Source: Pseudodesulfovibrio piezophilus C1TLV30
GTDB taxonomy: Bacteria > Desulfobacterota > Desulfovibrionia > Desulfovibrionales > Desulfovibrionaceae
Assembly (NCBI RefSeq): GCF_000341895.1
Contig: NC_020409.1
Coordinates: forward strand, 1,320,001 to 1,352,000
Length of the DNA: 32,000 nt
Reading direction: 5' to 3'
Position 1 is the first letter of the stretch. Each line of letters starts with the position of its first letter. The position numbers and the translations under genes were made by a program. Shown here one piece after another: positions 25,636 through 32,000 of this stretch. The notes under the pieces are model-generated. The model was not told the DNA's origin, did no database searches, and was given only the letters and a program-made list of their open reading frames with translations.

Positions 25636-26613
25636 TTACTTCTTTTTTCTCGGAACATACGGATTAGTGTCCAATGCCTCCTCGGTTTCATCGTAAGCCT
25701 CCGGATTCGGTGCTGCGACTTTTTTGATGCCTGCCTTTACCGCGCCCCAGCTTTGCTCGCTGACCCCGGTCTCCTTCAGGACTTGCAGAGATTCCTTGAG
25801 CGCTGCCCCATTCGTCATATCCAATCTGTCAACGACCCCGACGATTTTTTCAATGTCCTCCTGGGGAAGATCTGCCAGACCGGCCTCCAAGTATGCTTCA
25901 GAGTGCGAATCATAAGCCTTCTCTTTCAATTCTTCAGGTTTTGATTCGTCCCACTCGCCGCTAAGAAGGCCTGCTTCCATCTTGAACTGCAACCGGTCTT
26001 TGGTTCGTTCCATCCATTCCTGGCCTTCCTTGGAAAGTTCAGGTTTAAGCTTGTCGAACCGCTTGACGTACTTATCGCCATACTCGCGATAGTAGTCAGG
26101 AGCCTCTTTGCCCGGATTGCGCTCCTCAAAGTCCTGGGCGCGTTTTTCATAGTATTCGGTTTTACCCAGGTCGTCCTTGATCCATGTGGGCTTGGCTCCC
26201 GACTTCTGCCTGTAATGCTCCTCAACATCCTTCACGCTATTTCCGGTTTGCTTTTCCCACTCACCGATGAGTCGAGCAGCTTTCGTTGGGGTGTCAGGCT
26301 TGGTGGCTTCAGCTTCCATCTCCCCGGCATGCTCTGCAGAAGACTTGGTAGGAGGCGCTTCTTGAACTTCTGTCGGCTCTCTGGCCGCCGCTTCATTTTG
26401 TTGCTGCGCCGGCTGCTCCTCTGGAGCGCCATCGGCGACTGTTGGAGCATCCGCAGGTTCTGCCTTTTCAACGCCTGCATACCTAAGGTACTTGTCGTAC
26501 ATGGCGTCGGCGTCCTTCTCGTCAAACTTGGCCTCGGACGTCACATATTTGTTGATGAGGTCGAAGGCCGCGTCATCGTGGGCCTTGACGCCATCCTCAA
26601 AAAAGACAACCAT
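25636..26613 (-). CDS. Orphan polymorphic-toxin cassette E: 5'-truncated gene with an intact unknown helical C-terminal domain.
   Basis: The family sequence starts only at ...GVKAHDDAAFDLINKYV (about residue 165 of full-length paralogs), after a junction-created MVVFFED. The C-terminal 250 aa are colinear with toxin B but uninterrupted. No leader and no Shine-Dalgarno are present. Confidence 0.7.
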   Translation of the reverse strand: MVVFFEDGVKAHDDAAFDLINKYVTSEAKFDEKDADAMYDKYLRYAGVEKAEPADAPTVADGAPEEQPAQQQNEAAAREPTEVQEAPPTKSSAEHAGEMEAEATKPDTPTKAARLIGEWEKQTGNSVKDVEEHYRQKSGAKPTWIKDDLGKTEYYEKRAQDFEERNPGKEAPDYYREYGDKYVKRFDKLKPELSKEGQEWMERTKDRLQFKMEAGLLSGEWDESKPEELKEKAYDSHSEAYLEAGLADLPQEDIEKIVGVVDRLDMTNGAALKESLQVLKETGVSEQSWGAVKAGIKKVAAPNPEAYDETEEALDTNPYVPRKKK

Positions 26614-26650
26614 AATTTTTTAAATTGCATAATCCAAAGTGATAATTCTA

Positions 26651-26679
26651 GAATTGGGGGGGGGACACCATACCTAATT
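26651..26679. repeat. REP-like unit in inverted orientation.
   Basis: GAATTGGGGGGGGGACACCATACCTAATT is the reverse complement of the AATTAGGTATGGTGTCCCC-type unit. A similar unit lies at 21100-21128. Confidence 0.6.
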
Positions 26680-26743
26680 CTCCCCCCTAAATATAATCCT
26701 CACCCACCCGATATCATTTGTATATTCTTTTGTATATTCCACG

Positions 26744-26836
26744 AAAAAAGGCTTAGAAGGAAAACCTTCTAAGCCTTTAAATTCATTGGTGGAGCTGGAG
26801 GGAATTGAACCCACGACCTCTTGAATGCCATTCAAA
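26744..26836 (-). repeat. tRNA-Ala(GGC)-derived 3' half (26787-26836) plus terminator hairpin; att-like direct repeat, copy 3.
   Basis: The sense strand reads TTTGA-ATGGCAT-TCAAG-AGGTC-GTGGG-TTCAATT-CCCTC-CAGCTCC-A-CCA. The loop AUGGCAU and the 3' end AGCUCCACCA match what I recall of E. coli tRNA-Ala(GGC). Confidence 0.8.
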
Positions 26837-26980
26837 TGCACAATCTGTAATTGTTTGGAATACTTAATCTTTATAAAGAGGAATATACATCGAGGGTATA
26901 TTTACGGGCATAAGGTATATTTTTTGTATATTCTTGGGAGGTATAGATATGGAACCTATTCTACCTCCCAAAGCCCTACT

Positions 26981-27184
26981 CTACAGGGCCAGCTTGTTTT
27001 CAGACCGGAGACAATCGGATATCCAGACCTTGACCAATGCCTGTCTGGAGATACCGAGCCGTCCGGCCCTCTCGTCCATTTCCTTGACCATCCATACCGG
27101 GAAATCAACATTCACTCGTTTGATCTCTCGCTTGTAGGTTTCAGAATCAGAGACGCTTCTCTCGAAGTTGTCCTTGGACTTCAT
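26981..27184 (-). CDS. CopG/RHH antitoxin, BrnA-like (paralog of 18232..18426).
   Basis: KRVNVDFPVWMVKEMDERAGRLGISRQALVKVWISDCLRSENKLAL. A frameshifted BrnT-like remnant (...IIPTRTKAVFVRPFYEN*) lies upstream at about 27195-27320. Confidence 0.6.
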   Translation of the reverse strand: MKSKDNFERSVSDSETYKREIKRVNVDFPVWMVKEMDERAGRLGISRQALVKVWISDCLRSENKLAL

Positions 27185-27365
27185 ACACCACCTCGCTAGT
27201 TTTCATAGAACGGACGAACAAAGACAGCCTTCGTCCTCGTTGGAATTATCATGACGATATCCAACGTGTAGGAAGATGGCTAGGACTTTGTCCGTAGACA
27301 CTGATATTCTTGATGAAATGGTATACTTTTTATATCAAAAGTACACCGTTTTGGATTGAGCAAAG

Positions 27366-27395
27366 AAAAAGGGTGAGGCCGTAACCTCACCCTTT
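27366..27395 (-). terminator. Rho-independent terminator downstream of immunity gene D.
   Basis: The sense strand reads AAAGGGTGAGG-TTACGG-CCTCACCCTTTTT. Confidence 0.75.
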
Positions 27396-27404
27396 GATCC
27401 GAAA

Positions 27405-27896
27405 TTACTGGCAGAGGTCTTCCAGTGCTTGGGGGTCATCATCCCCATAGCCTAAGTCTCTCGAAAATATCTTTTTGATTTCCGAGCAAGTATACTTCTT
27501 ATACTTTCCAAAGAAGCGTGTGTTGACCCCACATCCGGCAAAATGGGGAAGAGCATTTATGACTTCCAACTCATTATCACCGAATTCAATATGAACATAG
27601 GGGTCATCCACACGGTCCTCGAAAACATAGGTGGCTATTACACTGTTTCCTTTGAGTGTCCCTCTGGCAAGAAGCTTACAATCAGAGGGAACGGTCACGT
27701 CTTCCCGCTTGCCGGAGTGACCACCCCAAAGGCGGATGGTCACATCCCCATTATTCCCGTCTATGTAGACCAACGAATGCGCCCCACTACTGTGGACATT
27801 CAGGTAAATCCCCGAAACAGATTCGGCAGATGATGACCCTACTGAGGCAAGGATAAAGACAAAGACCAGTATCATTTTGGATGCAACATTTATCAT
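27405..27896 (-). CDS. Secreted candidate immunity protein (paralog of 12735..13220).
   Basis: Signal peptide MINVASKMILVFVFILASVGSSSAES. It shares the C-terminal block with 12735..13220. Its start lies 2 nt after the stop of the toxin D C-terminal ORF. Confidence 0.7.
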   Translation of the reverse strand: MINVASKMILVFVFILASVGSSSAESVSGIYLNVHSSGAHSLVYIDGNNGDVTIRLWGGHSGKREDVTVPSDCKLLARGTLKGNSVIATYVFEDRVDDPYVHIEFGDNELEVINALPHFAGCGVNTRFFGKYKKYTCSEIKKIFSRDLGYGDDDPQALEDLCQ

Positions 27897-27898
27897 CG

Positions 27899-29213
27899 TT
27901 ATTCTTTTCGACCCTTCTTCAATTTGTTAAGCGCATCAAGTTTTTCACGTTCGAGTCTTTTCTGAACGTTCTCTCTCACCTTCTTGGACGAACCTCCAAA
28001 GCGAGTTTTTCTTTCTTCGTAGATGGCTTCTATCAAGTCCGATTCAAACTCTTGACTCGAAGGATCGAATCGTTCCTCCTGTTTGAGTTTTTCAACAGCC
28101 TTCTTCACCACATTGGTGTCGGGGCCATGCTGCACTCCAGTCGACCATAACACTTGCTGTACTGTCTTTGAGTGCTTGTCAGCATCAAGACCAGATTCTT
28201 TTGCGCCATTTGCGACAGGCAAATAGTGACCGTCATAGATGAATTTATCTTGGCGACGTTCAAATTCCTCAGGATGCTTGTCTGCCATTTATCGCCACTT
28301 CTTGTCGAACTCAGCAGACCCCGGAGTCAGTCCTTCAAACTCGTTCTTCCAAGGAAAATCCTTAGATGTCACGAATTCTTTGACTCTACCTCCAACTTCC
28401 CCCTTGTGTCTACTTGTCATTTGATACTTGCCATACGATTTGCCACCCAAATCTCCTTCCCCAGAAGAAATGGCATGCGAACCGTCTTTGCCTGATTCAT
28501 ACTTCTCTGACAGTTCGCCAAGATCAGCGTGTGCATTGGGAGCCTCGCTCTGTGGTTTCTGTCTTTCTTTCTGCTGCTCCAGGTCTTTGACCTTCCCTCG
28601 ATACCGATGACCGTCATACATCTCGTCCTTCCCTTCCGGGATTTCAAGGTCAGCGTCTTCTGCCTTTTCCTCACCGCCAGCATCACTCGCTGTATCAGTG
28701 TCATTCTCAGCATACATCTCGGCATCTTTATCATCAAACTTGGCCTCGGACAGCACGTACTTGTTGATAAGATCGAAAGCGGCGTCATCATGGTTCTGGA
28801 TATCCTTTTCGTCTTTGGCACCGAGCGCACCTTTGGCAAGACGCTGCAAGCCCTTGTCGAGGACAGTACGGGAACGCTCGTTGAGTTTGTCCAGTGCAAA
28901 CTGATAGCCCTGTTGCAAAAAGCCTTTTTTGATGTCGGGCAAGGACTTGGAAAGAGCTTCATGCCGTTTACCACCCTTGGGTACTGTGGAAAGGACAGAA
29001 TGTTCATAGTCATCAAACTGCTTCTTGAGGTTGGTAGCATCTTTGGACGGCTGATTGCCGGTGACATTCTTCTGCCAGTCAACCAGCCCTTTACCAAAGA
29101 AGTCATGCGCTTCGTTTTCCTTCTCAACAATTGTATTGAGCCGATCCAGATCATGGTACGCGTCCCGCTTCTGTTGCTTCGGTTGCTGTCGTTGGTTTTG
29201 ATTTTTGATGCCT
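27899..29213 (-). pseudogene. Orphan polymorphic-toxin cassette D: 5'-truncated (lacks the first ~37 codons and the start codon), with an in-frame TAA inside the muramidase-like domain.
   Basis: The frame is open from the REP junction and reads GVGIKNQNQRQQPKQQKRDAYHDLDRLNTIVEKENEAHDFFGKGL.... It contains no ATG, GTG or TTG until 28942. A TAA at 28289-28291 (KKWR*MADKHPEEF) sits where cassette A reads DRWKEFSEKHPEEF. There is also an internal deletion of the YAGVD...KPGFKMED linker. Confidence 0.75.
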
Positions 29214-29220
29214 ACCCCAG

Positions 29221-29425
29221 AATTATGGGGACAGTCACCCGCTGCGCAGAATTATGGGGACAGTCACTTATCTTTCTTCTTTTAATTAGGTGACTGTCCC
29301 CATAATTTGAAAATATAATTAGGGAGGTGTCCCCCTAATTCCTGGCCAATCGCGCCAAACCATCTCCTCTTGTTATGGAATAAAGAATAATTTAGTAAGG
29401 TGTCCCCGAAATTCCTCCCCGAAAT
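29221..29425. repeat. Cluster of REP-like palindromes at the truncation junction of cassette D.
   Basis: AATTATGGGGACAGTCAC occurs at 29221-29238 and 29250-29267. The perfect 18-nt inverted partner GTGACTGTCCCCATAATT is at 29290-29307, with a 22-nt spacer. AATTAGGGAGGTGTCCCCCTAATT is at 29317-29340, and a degenerate unit (AAGGTGTCCCCGAAATTCCTCCCCGAAATT) lies near 29396-29425. Confidence 0.8.
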
Positions 29426-29427
29426 TC

Positions 29428-29799
29428 TCAAAAAAAGTCGATGTATATTCCCAGAACATATGATTCATCCTCTTTTACAATCCGTCTGACTTCTCTGTTT
29501 GGGCCGATGAAAAGCCAAATCCGTGTCGTGCCTATCTCGCTCGGATTGTCAGCAGATGGAGCGGCCATAAACTCCCACTCACCCCATGGAGTGGAATGGA
29601 CATAAAAATCCCCTTTGATATCCCATGAACAGCAGGTTCGAGGCTGCCCCAATTTGATATGAAGCTGTGTACGAGACATCCCCTTTTTAATGCTATCCCA
29701 TTGTGTCGGATACCCAGCGTAAAGATAGAGAACACTGCATCCGACACTAAGGACCAGCCAGTAAAGTAGTATTTTCATAGTAAGTAATAGAGGTTTCAT
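29428..29799 (-). CDS. Candidate immunity protein (secreted, possibly a lipoprotein) for the NlpC/P60 amidase toxin.
   Basis: MKPLLLTMKILLYWLVLSVGCSV is a signal or lipobox-like sequence. An AGGAGG RBS lies 6 nt upstream of the ATG at 29799; the ORF-track start is 29829. The gene begins 50 nt downstream of the toxin F stop. Confidence 0.65.
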   Translation of the reverse strand: MKPLLLTMKILLYWLVLSVGCSVLYLYAGYPTQWDSIKKGMSRTQLHIKLGQPRTCCSWDIKGDFYVHSTPWGEWEFMAAPSADNPSEIGTTRIWLFIGPNREVRRIVKEDESYVLGIYIDFF

Positions 29800-29848
29800 G
29801 ATCGCCTCCTTGTATATTGAAATCACCACCTAACTGGCATTATGTCAA

Positions 29849-31174
29849 CTATCTTTGATTGCCGGTTTTTCCGACATATCGTCTGTATGTTATTTCCCCG
29901 GCTTGCCCCTCTCTGAATCCCCAGTCGTTTTCGACCACTTTATTTTTTATCGATGAAGCAGAGACCGTCTTACCGTCACCGCTAACGATGCCAACGTGCT
30001 CAGAACTTGCTGCAACGTCACCAGGTTTAGGATCATCAACAACAACCCATCCATCTAATTCCATATCTTTATTGGCCCAATCGGCCGCGACGGGCGGATA
30101 CATATCATTCGACAGAGGGTTATTTCCTTCATGGATCAAGGGAACAGGTGTCCCATTTTCTTTGAGAACATCATAAGCGAATTTGTTGCACTTAGTTTTG
30201 CCCCATCCAAAGTCATCTTTGCTTTTGAACTTAGCCCAAGCATCACTCCCTACATACTTTTTCGCTACATAGGCAGAATGTTCAGTGGACCATGCTTTTG
30301 GCTTCACATCATGATCAGCACCAGCCTCCTTCGTCCTTTGCTTGTTCTCAGATTTTTCCTCAGTGTTGCCTTTCCCGGCTATTTTGGGGCCCTGCGCCTC
30401 TGTCTCTTCCTTGCCACCAGCATCACTCACAGTGCCAGTGTCGTTCTCAGCATACATCTCAGCGTCTTCCATTTTGAAGCCCGGCTTGGCTCCCGGTACT
30501 TCTTCATTCTCAGACGCTCGTGCTTTCTCTAGGTCAACACCAGCATAACTCAGATATTTGTCGTACATGGCGTTTGCGTCATTCTCATCGAACTTGGCCT
30601 CGGACATCACGTACTTGTTGATAAGATCGAAAGCGGCATCATCATGAGCTTGTATGTCATTATCACCACTGGCACCAAGTGCGCCTTTAGCCAATCGCTG
30701 CAAGCCCTTGTCAAGCACGCTACGTGAACGCTCATTGAGCTTGTCCAAAGCAAACTGATGCCCCTGCTGCAAGAAACCCTTTTTGATCTTGGGTAAAGTT
30801 TCAGACAATGCCCCGTGCCGCTTTCCTCCCTTGGGAAGATCAGACAGAATGCCATGCTCATAGTCGTCGAACTGCTTTTTCAGATTGGTGGCATCTTTGG
30901 AGGGCTTATTCCCGGTGACATTCTTCTGCCAGTCGGCCAGCCCTTTACCAAAGAAGTCATGCGCTTCGTTTTCCTTCTCAACAATAGTATTGAGCCGATC
31001 CAAATCGTGATAAGCGTCCCGCTTCTGTTGCTTCGGTTGCTGTCGTTGGTTTTGATTTTTGATGCCGATGCCCACTTCCAAAGCCAATTTGCGCTGGCCA
31101 GGTGTTGCATTGTCGAGCATCTTCTTCTGCTCGTCAGGATCCATATTGAGAAGTGATTTTCCAAAATCAAACAT
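29849..31174 (-). CDS. Polymorphic toxin F: conserved MFDFGKSL N-terminal domain plus a C-terminal NlpC/P60-CHAP-type cysteine peptidase (probable peptidoglycan amidase).
   Basis: The N-terminal ~250 aa align with toxins B and C. The C-terminus has GWGKTKCNKFAYDVL (catalytic Cys context) and PGDVAASSEHVGIVSGDG (catalytic His context), in the canonical Cys-then-His order. Confidence 0.8.
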   Translation of the reverse strand: MFDFGKSLLNMDPDEQKKMLDNATPGQRKLALEVGIGIKNQNQRQQPKQQKRDAYHDLDRLNTIVEKENEAHDFFGKGLADWQKNVTGNKPSKDATNLKKQFDDYEHGILSDLPKGGKRHGALSETLPKIKKGFLQQGHQFALDKLNERSRSVLDKGLQRLAKGALGASGDNDIQAHDDAAFDLINKYVMSEAKFDENDANAMYDKYLSYAGVDLEKARASENEEVPGAKPGFKMEDAEMYAENDTGTVSDAGGKEETEAQGPKIAGKGNTEEKSENKQRTKEAGADHDVKPKAWSTEHSAYVAKKYVGSDAWAKFKSKDDFGWGKTKCNKFAYDVLKENGTPVPLIHEGNNPLSNDMYPPVAADWANKDMELDGWVVVDDPKPGDVAASSEHVGIVSGDGKTVSASSIKNKVVENDWGFREGQAGEITYRRYVGKTGNQR

Positions 31175-31350
31175 AGTTCAGTTCCTCCTATCAGGATGTA
31201 GTTTTTTCAAAGACCAGACATCCTAACCCCGGTTTTCGCCCCAGGATGAAAACGGGCGAAAAAGGGTACTAAAAGGACAAGAAAAGAATAACTTGGCAGC
31301 TTGACATGATTTTTAAGTAGAGGTTTGGTAAAACGGCTACCGAATAAAAT
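31175..31350 (-). promoter_or_regulatory. Conserved structured 5' leader / promoter region (copy 3 of 3).
   Basis: Sense-strand hairpin AGGATGT-N18-ACATCCT lies directly before the TAGGAGGA RBS. TTTCGCCC / GGGCGAAA and CCCGTTTTC / GAAAACCGGGG are mutually exclusive pairings. The CATGTCAAGCTGC block is present. Confidence 0.55.
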
Positions 31351-31414
31351 TTTGTAGCAACTATTCCAAAGAAGTGGGTTCACTTTATCGGACCACTGAG
31401 CGGCGAATTTAAGG

Positions 31415-32000
31415 TGGACAGTTTTACGTGTTACGCCGCCTTGTGGGTCCATCCCAGAGGGGGTACCCCCTCTGGGATGGGACCGCTTTGATATATCTCC
31501 ATCGGCTTGCGTCCGTCAAAGGTCTTATGAGGACGCCGATTATTGTAGAAGTTAAACCACCAGGCCAAGGCACTCCGCAGCTCACTTCCTGTCTCCAGTT
31601 CCCGCAAGTAGACACATTCGTATTTCAAAGACTTCCAGAGTCGTTCGATCATGACGTTATCCATCCAGCGTCCTCGGCCATCCATTGAAATGCGGATGCC
31701 AGCATCCCGCAGAGTCTTTGTGAATTCATAGCTGGTGAACTGGCTCCCCTGGTCTGTGTTGAATATCTCAGGTTCTCCATAACGGTTGATCGCATCCTCC
31801 AAAGCTACGACACAAAAGTCGGCCTCCATCGTATTCGACAAACGCCACGACAATACTGCCCGGCTATGCCAATCCATGATTGCCACGAGATACAAGAAGC
31901 CTCGTTTCATCGGAATGTAAGTAATGTCGGTACACCAAACTTGATTTGGCTTTGTGATCTTCATGTTCCGCAACAAATACGGATATATTTTGTGCTGTGG
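31415..32000 (-). mobile_element. IS3-family insertion sequence, partial: 3' part of the OrfB DDE transposase plus a terminal inverted repeat.
   Basis: ORF 31431..31976 and beyond has an rve integrase core ([10 protein letters not shown]...[13 protein letters not shown]...FNTDQGSQFTS...NVMIERLWKSLKYE...YNNRRPH). A TGGACAG... terminus at about 31415 lies 16 nt beyond the stop. The element runs off the right window edge. Confidence 0.85.

Noticed and set aside
28529-29293. 254-aa plus-strand ORF (and the analogous 15355-15777, 19599-20060 and 26215-26772).
   Set aside because: It lies antisense to the toxin coding sequence and has a low-complexity, Leu/Phe-rich translation. The homologous positions in paralogs are interrupted differently, which is inconsistent with selection on that frame.
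24166-29425. The possibility that the AATTATGGGGACA-type repeats form a CRISPR array or integron attC sites.
   Set aside because: The repeats have irregular spacing, occur in both orientations and are partly palindromic with each other. No cas genes are present. There are no R''/R' (RYYYAAC/GTTRRRY) attC boxes and no intI gene.

Overview
The window looks Gram-negative and possibly deltaproteobacterial or sulfate-reducer-like. That is an inference from the NrfH/HAO multihaem cytochromes and mid-range GC, not a verified assignment.

Positions 1-12250 look like ordinary chromosome:
- A single-module NRPS (C-A-T-TE) whose reading frame is still open at the left window edge.
- A PP-loop amidotransferase-like gene.
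- A convergent operon encoding an ICMT/PEMT-type membrane methyltransferase, a MacB/LolD-type ABC ATPase and two FtsX/MacB-type permeases.
- A NapC/NrfH tetrahaem cytochrome plus an octahaem hydroxylamine-oxidoreductase (HAO)-family cytochrome, ending in a strong terminator.

Positions 12250-31415 are a mosaic accessory region, and this is the main finding. All six paralogous toxin genes lie on the minus strand and share an unrecognised N-terminal region of about 205-250 aa that starts MFDFGKSLINM. Their C-termini are swapped. Four types are seen:
- A GH24 lysozyme.
- An NlpC/P60-CHAP amidase.
- A probable muramidase-like domain, present twice.
- An unknown helical domain, present twice.

Each toxin is followed by a type-specific candidate immunity gene.
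- Three copies are full length and carry a conserved structured 5' leader. One of these has a 1-nt frameshift.
- Three copies are 5'-truncated orphan cassettes. Two of these also carry a stop codon or frameshift.

Interspersed with the toxin genes are:
- Three 50-nt tRNA-Ala 3' halves, each with its terminator (att-like direct repeats).
- REP-like palindromes built on AATTATGGGGACA / TGTCCCCATAATT, which sit exactly at truncation junctions.
- A 3' fragment of a Y1 (IS200-like) transposase with a DnaA-type HTH.
- Duplicated BrnT-remnant/BrnA modules.
- A fragment with a MuF-type motif plus a candidate immunity gene.
- An orphan Rhs C-terminal fragment with a possibly LRAT-like tip and a candidate immunity gene.

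A partial IS3-family element closes the window. No secretion apparatus, integrase or CRISPR array is visible.

All homology statements come from reading motifs by eye. No database search was run.
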